A DNA stretch of 32,000 nt from positions 39,043 to 71,042 of the forward strand of contig CP008938.1 of NCBI GenBank assembly GCA_000743035.1, given 5' to 3'. The position numbers were made by a program, and so were the translations under genes. Every line of letters begins with the position of its first letter. The first letter of the stretch is position 1. The DNA comes from Candidatus Paracaedimonas acanthamoebae (lineage in GTDB: Bacteria; Pseudomonadota; Alphaproteobacteria; Caedimonadales; Caedimonadaceae). Under the pieces are notes generated by a model. That model did no database searches, had not been told where the DNA came from, and saw only the letters and a program-made list of their open reading frames with translations. Of the stretch, positions 8,901 through 15,345 are shown piece after piece.

Positions 8901-10185
8901 CTTGAGGGATAAGAAGATGATCTATGGCTTCTCTTTGTTCTTGAGTAAAAGTGAGACCTTCTTGTTTTTGAACCTTTTCAATGGAGTTGCTTTTATGTTT
9001 TTCAGAAATTTGAGGCATTTTTCTTTGCTTCAAAAGATCCACAGTTTGAGCAATTGTAGTCTCAAGATCTTTCATTTCTTGAGAAGTGTAAAAGGTTTGA
9101 CCTTTAACATTTTCACCTAAATAAAGTGCCGTGTGTTGAGACAAAAGCTGAGCTGTAAAACGATCAATCGTGCGGCTGTAATCTTGAGTATCAAACTGAA
9201 GACTCTTGCTCTCATAAAGAAGGTTATCATTGAGTGTTTTACCAATAATAGCAGCTTTAGGGAGATCAATTCCATCCACTTTAGCCTTTAAAACAGCATA
9301 AAGTTTCTCGTCTCCTGCAACGCGTTTAAAGATCTCTTTCGCTAAATCAACTTGAGTAAAGACAGCTTTTTGGGACGCGACAACCTTGATAAGTTCTTCA
9401 GGATGTTTAAGAAAAATCTCAATATTTTGGTGGCGGATTTCTTCATTTTCTTGAACTCTGTAAGAGCGTTCTTGAAGCTTATGAAACCCATGAGGCCCAA
9501 TCTTTTTTGTGGGGACAACTTTAAGCCCTTGGTCTTCGTAAGAACGGGGATCAAGGTGGTAGTCATATCCTTTTTCTTGAGCAAATTGATTAGAGATTTC
9601 TGCAAGCTGGGAACGCAATATTTTAAGCTGCGGCTTTTCAATAACATGTCTTTTTTCTGAGAAAACTTCATCAACAAGAGGCCTTGTGGTCGCCAAAATA
9701 TGAAGGTGAGGATTTCCCTTTTTATCATGAATGGCATACTGAGTAACGAGGCCATAATTGACGTAACACTCTTTAACGATACGCTCTGAAAGCTCTATGA
9801 GATGTTCTTTATTTGTAATCTCAATTGGAAGGGCAAAAGTAAGTTTGTACCCTGTCTTACAGGTCTTTAAAAACTTCTCTTTTGCAGCAAGGCTTTTGGC
9901 ATTTTTAACTTCATCTTTGTGTCCTTTGTATCTTTTATCAGCAATATAATCTTCAAACTCTTCAACTCGATTCCAGAGAGTTTCATGATCATATACCCAC
10001 TCAGGTGACCCCTCTGGTGCAATAATATTTGTGGCTAAGAGTTCTTGGGCTTTTCCAGAATAATCCCAGGTCATTCCTGTACGTTGATCATGAGCAATTG
10101 AAGCAGATATATACGCAGAATGTGAGCAGACGGAACCTGCTCCATTTCTTGAGATGTAACTTGTGTCTGCATAATAGATAGCCAT
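2977..10185 (-). CDS. traA: Multidomain conjugative relaxase: MobA/MobL relaxase + RecD/TraA-type helicase + long unassigned helical region + Toprim primase-like domain + C-terminal domain
   Basis: N-terminus MAIYYADTSYISRNGAGS...SAYISA resembles RSF1010 MobA MAIYHL...ADYIQ. 3-His motif HDKKGNPHLHILAT. Helicase Walker A GKAGTGKST (nt ~8858-8884), VVILDEGSMV, AVTINKSQGATFDH (nt ~7771-7812). Toprim YVAEGIETAL (4081-4110) and CCDADEVG (~3949-3972). Confidence 0.92.
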   Translation of the reverse strand: MAIYYADTSYISRNGAGSVCSHSAYISASIAHDQRTGMTWDYSGKAQELLATNIIAPEGSPEWVYDHETLWNRVEEFEDYIADKRYKGHKDEVKNAKSLAAKEKFLKTCKTGYKLTFALPIEITNKEHLIELSERIVKECYVNYGLVTQYAIHDKKGNPHLHILATTRPLVDEVFSEKRHVIEKPQLKILRSQLAEISNQFAQEKGYDYHLDPRSYEDQGLKVVPTKKIGPHGFHKLQERSYRVQENEEIRHQNIEIFLKHPEELIKVVASQKAVFTQVDLAKEIFKRVAGDEKLYAVLKAKVDGIDLPKAAIIGKTLNDNLLYESKSLQFDTQDYSRTIDRFTAQLLSQHTALYLGENVKGQTFYTSQEMKDLETTIAQTVDLLKQRKMPQISEKHKSNSIEKVQKQEGLTFTQEQREAIDHLLIPQAISVLTGKAGTGKSTVLKPVVDAYKRTGMTVIGVAFQGKVADQLSYELGIEGYTLDQLKKRWSKQDSLKRLIENKELKGQALAKAKGEINRLEEWRFTPKHVVILDEGSMVSGSLWKSLLEEVDRSGAQLRIVQDNKQIKALYGLDAARLVEEKVGAYEIQGVVRQREKWMREASALLNEHRIEEGLKPYDEKGHFDYRETDYGAKISLVADYLEGLEQNPHQTHMAIAQKNKDVIALNELIRGALSSQGKLGSQEFVFGQKGQGIFQGEQDVGGPQNQHFRKSAHDWRFAVGDRVMFLSNDHKGWHVKTLEKGKSERQGVKNGTLGVIESFNLRRQTVEIRLPDGRLVGFDTKGYDALTHGYAVTINKSQGATFDHSYGLFSSFNANQLLIWLTRHKESFKGYVSKGIACDLKGMVSHVARADYKGLSTDYDLPDHQKPYFNLVQQYWKISQEAGNLRTQIETITLQTEKGGKEVSLSKEWEQYNSLVQERNQKAEDILKDWPQCSSFLQQTGVRREVLEVQAGLKQRLLSSAEEAALEKVEVYFKVADQAKDLWKEIAQTHPGSLSSAHPEYEKYIKIKEIRNELAYEMASFPQMYKPFFKVKEQGGSYVTYSGSVYEQRPQSFKAVLAQAEQHIAFKRTERYESTLTFHERAAYKQVQDYRSFHFLSVAAYKQLPELEKIAASPAMVEAHQQKMKEFAGHRDKLAYDLLSNYDQASPFIEKLGLKEEMLLKHAVFGEVRGIVEAYKTADTLEARVQMADKLVSFVFKEEGSVDKPLYGLLKEQGVDLQKLKFEQGCLKVQQQGKEVSIHTLDELDQVYTDLSTYRSLHQEVAKEWEIIKTTATQKVARVQEEQIKALNLLDSTNRLERATLEEEAIKVLKAKASNPQTLVYVNNHLRLTVNGVQNWSDLQNEIQGHQVELNQLHTSLQKGRSGYVEIYTREGKQSSWSSLRINKLEKARSLMKAYSTLHHFTPHHEYDRLFKEAHAQEMTEQVRHFKQASPQEKPALAQEIQGWLSLEQDERLTYTLTALKQERVSVEALHHYGTILSLPHEKQGDVSLLLEGYNEAKQRFSDIWQVYSEQADLKLAGEKVAYQEHVLALEAQLHAKNAKYNPHFFVERTIQRTTHALKEAKLTSQDWTSFEKEGDGQNAAKEALKHKVQTWIEKGAQTYGWDLNTPEQGSVQKEIISLALRQNDLFEKKLNEIDHIIKSENQEIPHLAIAAGKRNKAAFDLIQGGFVSQNQEVFDPSLRQVKDQALRYASSSYRLQKIHERDPEKFKDHAVVLFLKDQLSLGDEKVQGRIQKALDKAGLTLDGHLIEQDERRLIPGKSQAELSYREEREAERYTEKKGHPLPKAYKTPLYDKEDILSSLTKSHIEEIFARHIDLWVTNPKPTYRSHEIRYGSKGGFVIYRDQSTWSNFKTGEGGDIFNYVSKSLKISYKDAIKQIGEEINAPQLISINWEERAQKQNELKLQAEIEEKAKIEKSQATTKKLYDTSRSIQGKLAEKYLREHRHIKTAELPEDLRFIAEYKDYDKAPSYPVLASFSRDPQEKLTAVQLIYLDPQTANKADIEVKKRSLGSIKNTAVEVQAGEGPTYVAEGIETALSLKEAGIQGRILVTLGLSNMRYVGSHIKDKDQPVILCCDADEVGSQAWKSSEQNLKKLQEEGFKASIVRPQGEKGRDFNDILQEEGIAVVQEVLKEVASFKERRSQKETHLSGRPQARLTEEQIVLNRTILSPTTQEVPQEKTQSLLKEDDPTFNRMIVLKHFYPELSEKVLTQRVYHEKERQERYIEYALENKQLTQDELFTYADRLSKIEGRLYQEHLLKHGKAPKSYEIYMDTQRVYSASHQNIEKTYTKFLEAGASEQTARIGANYYQHLEESINLHPKKLSLVLQATEILKKDDPEALAHPQSFEITKRFAYTMLALEKGDTIDSSSIKSVAQKEEQHFKGIALKITKTLELEKEHEVELPL

Positions 10186-10195
10186 ACGACAATAT

Positions 10196-10272
10196 ACAGC
10201 CGCCCGCAGGGCCGCACAAGACGATTTTTAATCGTCGTTAAATGCGCCTATAGAGTTTTGGCACAAAACTCT
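10196..10272 (+). promoter_or_regulatory. oriT: Predicted origin of transfer (MOBQ/RSF1010-like): GC-rich patch, inverted repeat, TAAATGCGCC nick-region core, second inverted repeat
   Basis: It lies in the divergent intergenic region between traA and the traC-like gene. IR1 is gacgatt (10220-10226) / aatcgtc (10230-10236). It is followed by gtTAAATGCGCCta (10239-10248), which resembles the RSF1010 TAAGTGCGCCCT. IR2 is agagtttt (10252-10259) / aaaactct (10265-10272). The patch is locally GC-rich in an AT-rich background. Confidence 0.65.
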
Positions 10273-10374
10273 TGCAGGACTGCTGCTTTTTTGCTTATAT
10301 ATTTTTATTCGAATCAAGCTGTGGGGAGCTTTCCGATAAGAATATTTAATAACTATTTTTGGAAAGAATGAATC

Positions 10375-10674
10375 ATGCAACTCATTGAGAAAAAATTATC
10401 GAAACTAGAAGAGCAAAAGCAAAAACTTGAAAAAGAAATTTTAGCATTACAGAACAAAAGACATGAAGAATTTATATCTTTGTTAAACAAGATTCCTTCC
10501 CTCAATCTTGAACCTATGACACTTATTGGGGGACTTCTTCATGTGATGGAGGAAGCAAATAAAAAACCAGAGTTAAAGGAGAAGTGGCGTTCTGCTGCTC
10601 AGAAATTTTGCGGAAGATTACCTTCTCAAAAAAGAACAAAGACTCCTCAACCAACTTCACAGAAAGCTGCGTAA
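10375..10674 (+). CDS. Relaxosome accessory protein, Ti-plasmid TraC-like (99 aa)
   Basis: Position divergent from traA across oriT. Size and architecture (N-terminal coiled coil, basic Pro-rich tail) match Ti-type TraC. It is immediately followed by a TraD(Ti)-like gene. Confidence 0.55.
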   Translation: MQLIEKKLSKLEEQKQKLEKEILALQNKRHEEFISLLNKIPSLNLEPMTLIGGLLHVMEEANKKPELKEKWRSAAQKFCGRLPSQKRTKTPQPTSQKAA

Positions 10675-10675
10675 A

Positions 10676-11011
10676 ATGACGCAACAACTTAATAAACATT
10701 CATGGAATTTGGAGCATTATAAACGTAAGCTAAAGCGTTTCGAAGTTAGTGACCGTAAAGCTGAAAATCGGACAAAAATACAGTTAGGGGGTCTCATTTT
10801 GAAATCAGGCCTTGCTGAATTATTAGAGATCAATCCTGGGGATGATATGCAGCTTGATTCTCTAGCACGAGAGAGAGCAACTACTCTATTAGGCGTTCTT
10901 CTTAATGCAACTGAGCAGCTTCAGAATGATCCTGATGGCACCCTTAAACAAGAATGTTCTCATCGCGGTATGAAAGCTATGCATCAACAATTTATGAGAT
11001 TAAAATCATGA
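10676..11011 (+). CDS. Ti-plasmid-type small TraD-like conjugal transfer protein
   Basis: Motif RKAENRTKIQLGGLILKSGL matches the conserved R-x-K-I-x-L-G-G-L-V-x-K-x-G-L core of the small TraD family. Its start lies 1 nt after the upstream stop. Confidence 0.7.
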   Translation: MTQQLNKHSWNLEHYKRKLKRFEVSDRKAENRTKIQLGGLILKSGLAELLEINPGDDMQLDSLARERATTLLGVLLNATEQLQNDPDGTLKQECSHRGMKAMHQQFMRLKS

Positions 11012-11241
11012 CAACATCTCCAAATAATTACCCTTGTGAAAAACTGAATAAAGTTATCCAACTCTCTCTTGAACCTTCTCATGACCCTATTGCCAAAGCT
11101 TTAGAAATTGCACGTGTATCTGGAGCTTTTAAACAAAGCAATGTTATCTTTTTTAAGAATAAACTTTATCCTATTAACCCTCAAAACCCTCAGCAGTCTT
11201 TGCAGCAACTTATAATGTTAAAAGAACAGAATGTTGCATAA
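11008..11241 (+). CDS. Hypothetical protein (77 aa), translationally coupled
   Basis: ATGA overlap with the upstream stop (ATG 11008, TGA 11009-11011). The listed longer ORF from 10954 would overlap the upstream gene by 58 nt. No recognisable motif. Confidence 0.5.
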   Translation: MTTSPNNYPCEKLNKVIQLSLEPSHDPIAKALEIARVSGAFKQSNVIFFKNKLYPINPQNPQQSLQQLIMLKEQNVA

Positions 11242-11549
11242 TGCACGCAGAGTTTTATCTTAAAGCTCAGAATAAAGAGGTGGGCATATTTAGATACTAT
11301 CATATTGTTGTGATGCCCACCCTTTTTAAAGATTGGTCTCTTCTGATTGCCAATGGCAGAATAGGACAAAAAGCAAGGCAAAGGTCTTTATTGTTCACGG
11401 ACCTTAATCTCCTCATTAAGAAAATTAAGCAAATTCTCAATAAAAGGCTTAAGGCTGAAAAAAGATTAGGATGTAATTATCACCTTATTAATCATTCTTG
11501 TGATGATGAATTTAAGAGGCAAGTCATACCTCATCTCTCCATATCTTGA
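11241..11549 (+). CDS. WGR-domain protein (short stand-alone form)
   Basis: FRYYHIVVMPTLFKDWSLLIANGRIGQKARQRSLLF ... RLGCNY fits the short WGR pattern (R-F-Y ... P-x-L-F-G-x-W-S-L ... W-G-R-I-G ... G-Y). TAATG overlap with the upstream stop. Confidence 0.72.
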   Translation: MHAEFYLKAQNKEVGIFRYYHIVVMPTLFKDWSLLIANGRIGQKARQRSLLFTDLNLLIKKIKQILNKRLKAEKRLGCNYHLINHSCDDEFKRQVIPHLSIS

Positions 11550-11685
11550 AACTCTCCTTGTTAAAGGATGCTTATTTATGAGGCAATTCTTCTCAAGCAA
11601 GGAAGAGCAAAGGATGTAAGTATTTTATCCACAATGTTTTCCCCTAGAAGTGAGGATAATTTTTCTTTAACAGGAAAGGGAGTAA

Positions 11686-12261
11686 ATGTTACAAAAAAGT
11701 CATGTAAAGACTAAGGACACCAAAATGAATGATAGGCCCAAACTAACGATCAAAAAGCCCTTAAGCCCAGAAAAGCAATCTCAGATCTCTCAAGGGCTTC
11801 AATATTTAATGCCAAATGTAATTGAAAAACCTTCTGCTAAAGATCAAGAATATCTCATGCAGAAAGCTCAAAAGAAGAAGAAAGAAGAAATCAAAGCAGC
11901 TTTAAAGTGGCTTTATGAACAATTTCCCGCTTGCTTTAATCCTAAAGACTTAAAGCCTCTTAAGCTTCATATTGATAAAGACATCTCTTCCTTTCTTGGA
12001 AAAGAGAACTCTCCTTCAAAAGTTAAATTGAGATATGCTCTTACCTATTACACAAGTAACATTCATTATCTTAAGGCTGTTATAAAGGGCACACACCGGT
12101 ATGACTTAGAAGGGAATCAGGGAGAAGAGATTACTGCAGAACAAAAGGCCTATGCTCAAGAGAAATATAAGAAAACTCTTCAAGCTATTAGAGATAAAAA
12201 GCCTCATAAAAATAAGCCCTTGCCTCAAGAAAAATCAGACAATCCTTCACAAAAAGAGTAA
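11686..12261 (+). CDS. ProQ/FinO-family RNA-binding protein
   Basis: ALKWLYEQFPACFNPKDLKPLKLHIDKDI ... KLRYALTYYTSNIHYLKAVIKGTHRYDLEGNQGEEITAEQ matches the ProQ/FinO domain signature. GGGAG RBS 5 nt upstream of the ATG. Lys-rich tails. Confidence 0.8.
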   Translation: MLQKSHVKTKDTKMNDRPKLTIKKPLSPEKQSQISQGLQYLMPNVIEKPSAKDQEYLMQKAQKKKKEEIKAALKWLYEQFPACFNPKDLKPLKLHIDKDISSFLGKENSPSKVKLRYALTYYTSNIHYLKAVIKGTHRYDLEGNQGEEITAEQKAYAQEKYKKTLQAIRDKKPHKNKPLPQEKSDNPSQKE

Positions 12262-12303
12262 GATAAAACTTACAGTTATTTAACTTTTTAAGAGCTTTAT
12301 ACC

Positions 12304-13215
12304 ATGTCCAAAAATAGATTAAGCCCGCATGATAGGTATATTAGATCTGTCTTCACCAACCCTAAAGTCGTGAGAGAATTCTTTGAAGCCAATCTTCCTG
12401 AAAAGGTAAAAGAAGCAATAGACTTAAGCAATATTGAGCCACAAAAAGAAAGCTTCATAGATGATAAGCTAAAGCAGCAGATATCAGATATTTTGTTTGC
12501 AACCAAGTTTAATAATGAAGAGGGTTATCTTTATGTGTTGTTAGAGCATGCCTCCACTCCGGACAAAATGCTTCCCTTAAGGCTTGTTAAATATATGTCA
12601 GCTATTGTGGATCAGCACCTTAAGAAATCAGGGAATAATAAGCTCCCTATCATTTATCCAATGGTGCTTTATTCAGGCCAAAAGCCTTTTCCTTACTCAA
12701 CAGATCTCTTTGAGCTTTATGGTGCTAATAAAGATCTCGCTCGTGAGATCATGGGAAGACCTTATAAACTTGTTGATCTCACACAAGCTTCTGATGAAGA
12801 GCTTAAGAAGTACTTTTGGTTCGGAGCTGCGGCTTTGATAGCAAAGCATATTAAAGACCCTGATATCATGCCAACATTCAAGGTTGCTATTGACCTTTTT
12901 AGAAATATTGAAAGGCTTGGTGAAAAGCAGTATATTGAAGACTATATCTATGTCACTTTATCTTATATCTATGAAGCAGCAGATATTAAAGATGAAGAAG
13001 AATTTATGAGGACCATTAGGGAAGGTCTTCCAAGTATAGATGAGGATAAAATTATGACACTCGCTCAGAAATGGGAACAAAAAGGTTTAGAAAAAGGTCG
13101 TCTTGAAGAAAGAAATGAAGTTGCACGTTCGATGTTTTTAAAAGGCATTGACCCGACTCTTATTAGTGAAGTCACTGGCTTGAGTGAAGCAGACATTTCA
13201 AAACTCCTTAATTAG
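12304..13215 (+). CDS. Rpn-family (YhgA-like, PD-(D/E)xK) recombination-promoting nuclease / putative transposase
   Basis: HDRYIRSVFTNPKVVREFFEANLP ... DILFATKF ... YLYVLLEHASTPDKMLPLRLVKYM is the typical N-terminal nuclease core of this family. Confidence 0.82.
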   Translation: MSKNRLSPHDRYIRSVFTNPKVVREFFEANLPEKVKEAIDLSNIEPQKESFIDDKLKQQISDILFATKFNNEEGYLYVLLEHASTPDKMLPLRLVKYMSAIVDQHLKKSGNNKLPIIYPMVLYSGQKPFPYSTDLFELYGANKDLAREIMGRPYKLVDLTQASDEELKKYFWFGAAALIAKHIKDPDIMPTFKVAIDLFRNIERLGEKQYIEDYIYVTLSYIYEAADIKDEEEFMRTIREGLPSIDEDKIMTLAQKWEQKGLEKGRLEERNEVARSMFLKGIDPTLISEVTGLSEADISKLLN

Positions 13216-13229
13216 GCTCCTTTCATAAA

Positions 13230-14483
13230 TTATTTTACTTTAGGTAAGTCCTTCCATTCAGTTGTGTAATGAGGTGACAGGAACTGCCTTTGAGTAATTG
13301 TATGCGCTGCTTGTTTTATAGCTCCATAACTCACTGTTCTTTTTCCATACCTTTTGTTTAAAGTATCAAGTGTTTGCATAAGCTGCTCTTGACGGGATGA
13401 AGAACTTTTAAAAAAGGACGGCTGAAAGCTTTCTGGATTCGAAAGCTCTAATAAACACACCCCAGCTTTTTTGTAAGATAAATAAGGCTTATAAATTTTG
13501 CTTAATGCCCTTTTTGCAGCTGTAATAAAGGTTGGGGTATAATTACACGCGGCTTCAAGTTCCGCTAAATGATAGTTACTATAATAAGCTCCTTCTCCAT
13601 AACGATTCGTTTTAATAAAAACCCCTACTTGTGAGGCAAGCCTTTGCTCTCCCCTTAGCTTCTCAACAGCTCTTTCAATAAAGGCACAGACTGCATACTC
13701 TAATTCTTCATAAGACGTAACATCCTTGGCAAAAGAACGAGAAACCGTAATCATCTTTTTAGAGGCTGAAGCTTCTTCAATCTCATGAGCCATGTGTCCA
13801 TTAAGCTCAGAGACTATTCTCTCGCCAACAACACTCATCTTCTGACGAATCCATTTAGGTGGTGCTCTCTTTAATTTAAGGGCCGTATCAATTCCTTGAG
13901 AAAGAAGATACTTGGTATGGTTACGTCCAATACCCCACAAATCAGCTATAGGAAATCTTTCTAAAAAGGAGTTTATCTCTTTTTCATCCATTAGGATAAA
14001 AACGCCCTCTCCTTTTTTAGAATAGTTGTTGGCAACTTTCGCAAGCGTCTTTGTTAAAGACACTCCAATAGATATAGGGATGCCAAGTTGATGCCATACT
14101 TGTGATTTTAAACGCTGACAAAAGGTAATCACTTGAGCTTCAGGAATATCTGTTAAATTAAGAAAGGCTTCATCAATAGAGTAAATTTCCATCTGAGGAA
14201 CTTGAGATTTTAGGAAGGACATAATGCGGGTAGAGAAGTCTTGATAAAGCGTATAGTTAGAAGAGAACACAGCAATATTAAATTTTTCAACAAGTGATTT
14301 AAACTTAAAGTAAGGTTCTCCCATTTTAATACCAAGAGCTTTAGCTTCATTGGATCTTGCAATAGCACAGCCATCATTGTTTGAGAGAACAACAACAGGC
14401 TTATGCCATAAATCAGGCCTAAACACTCTCTCACAGGAAACATAGAAATTATTAATATCAACAAGAGCTATTTTGCGCATCAT
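13230..14483 (-). CDS. umuC: Y-family translesion DNA polymerase subunit UmuC
   Basis: [55 protein letters not shown] is near-collinear with E. coli UmuC. The start is set at ATG 14483, which forms an ATGA overlap with the umuD stop. The listed ORF start at 14516 overlaps umuD. Confidence 0.92.
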   Translation of the reverse strand: MMRKIALVDINNFYVSCERVFRPDLWHKPVVVLSNNDGCAIARSNEAKALGIKMGEPYFKFKSLVEKFNIAVFSSNYTLYQDFSTRIMSFLKSQVPQMEIYSIDEAFLNLTDIPEAQVITFCQRLKSQVWHQLGIPISIGVSLTKTLAKVANNYSKKGEGVFILMDEKEINSFLERFPIADLWGIGRNHTKYLLSQGIDTALKLKRAPPKWIRQKMSVVGERIVSELNGHMAHEIEEASASKKMITVSRSFAKDVTSYEELEYAVCAFIERAVEKLRGEQRLASQVGVFIKTNRYGEGAYYSNYHLAELEAACNYTPTFITAAKRALSKIYKPYLSYKKAGVCLLELSNPESFQPSFFKSSSSRQEQLMQTLDTLNKRYGKRTVSYGAIKQAAHTITQRQFLSPHYTTEWKDLPKVK

Positions 14484-14902
14484 AAAGTATGAATTGCGGC
14501 TGTTACTACTCCCCATACTTGAACACTATCATCAGAACTTAAAAAGAAGGGTTCAGCATAATTAGTATCTGCCCTTAGTGTTATGTTATTGCCATACTTC
14601 TCAAAACGTCTTAGACAAAACTCTCCTGCAATAACAGCAACAATAACATCTCCTGATTGAGGTTTAAGGCTGCGGTCTACAATTAAAAGATCATCTGTAA
14701 GAATGCCTGACTCTTTTAAAGAATCACTTGAGGCTTTCATAAAAAATGTAGTGACTGGATTAGGAATGAGGTGCTCGTTAAGATCCAAAGCTCTTTCAGC
14801 ATAATCTAGGGCTGGAGATGGAAATCCTGCTGAAACTGACGTTTCATAGAAAGGTAAAGATTGAGAAGAGGAAGGATTAAATCTTGTAGGAAGAAGGTTC
14901 AT
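14480..14902 (-). CDS. umuD: UmuD-like S24 peptidase / pol V accessory subunit
   Basis: [11 protein letters not shown] (Ala-Gly cleavage site), KASSDSL (Ser nucleophile), DLLIVD and GEFCLRRF all align with E. coli UmuD. It sits directly upstream of and overlapping umuC. Confidence 0.9.
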   Translation of the reverse strand: MNLLPTRFNPSSSQSLPFYETSVSAGFPSPALDYAERALDLNEHLIPNPVTTFFMKASSDSLKESGILTDDLLIVDRSLKPQSGDVIVAVIAGEFCLRRFEKYGNNITLRADTNYAEPFFLSSDDSVQVWGVVTAAIHTL

Positions 14903-15345
14903 TTTTTTATTCTCTTTAAGGTTTCTCCCCTACTTCCTTACAGTCATAAATGATTAATGGTCAACTATCAAGATCTATTGTTGCATAGTGGGTATGCAAA
15001 ATGGAGATGTCCAATATTATTATTCATATTTTCAGAATTTAATTAAAATTATTTGGGCATTCTAAAAAATTGACCTCTCATTGATCCATTTTCAACAGTC
15101 AATCATAGAAGTTTATATAGGACATCCTTGTCAATTTGCTTAGAGAAAAGCATAAAGGGAGCATTAAATAATGACGCTTAGGAGCTTTCGTTAAAGACAT
15201 CAAACAAGTCATTTTTATTGCAACTATAAAAAACCCTATTAGAAAATTTTACAAAAGTTAACTTGACGGTGCCCTAAAATTTAATAAGTCCTGTATTTCC
15301 TTAACTCAATTGTAATCTCAACTCAAAGCTGCAACAGAATCAGAA

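Noticed and set aside
3282-9755. About ten listed small ORFs (60-137 aa) on either strand inside the traA coordinates, for example 3282..3470, 5389..5712, 8791..9120 and 9342..9755.
   Set aside because: All are nested in, or antisense to, a 2402-aa ORF with clear relaxase, helicase and Toprim motifs. They are low-complexity products of AT-rich sequence with no RBS or motif support.
10954-11007. Longer N-terminal extension of the 77-aa ORF (listed start 10954).
   Set aside because: It would overlap the TraD(Ti)-like gene by 58 nt. The internal ATG at 11008 gives the ATGA stop/start overlap typical of the rest of this operon.
12297-12838. ORFs 12297..12506(-) and 12584..12838(+) within the Rpn-family gene.
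   Set aside because: They are nested in a gene with a clear family signature and have no independent features.
14484-14516. Longer UmuC start (listed ORF 13230..14516).
   Set aside because: The extension [11 protein letters not shown] overlaps the umuD 3' end. ATG 14483 forms the classic ATGA overlap, and homology to UmuC begins right after it.
14903-15100. Search for a LexA/SOS box (CTGT-N8-ACAG) upstream of umuD.
   Set aside because: Only an isolated CTGT is present (in gactgtaagg on the coding strand) with no matching ACAG at the correct spacing, so no SOS operator can be claimed. The host may lack LexA or use a different motif.
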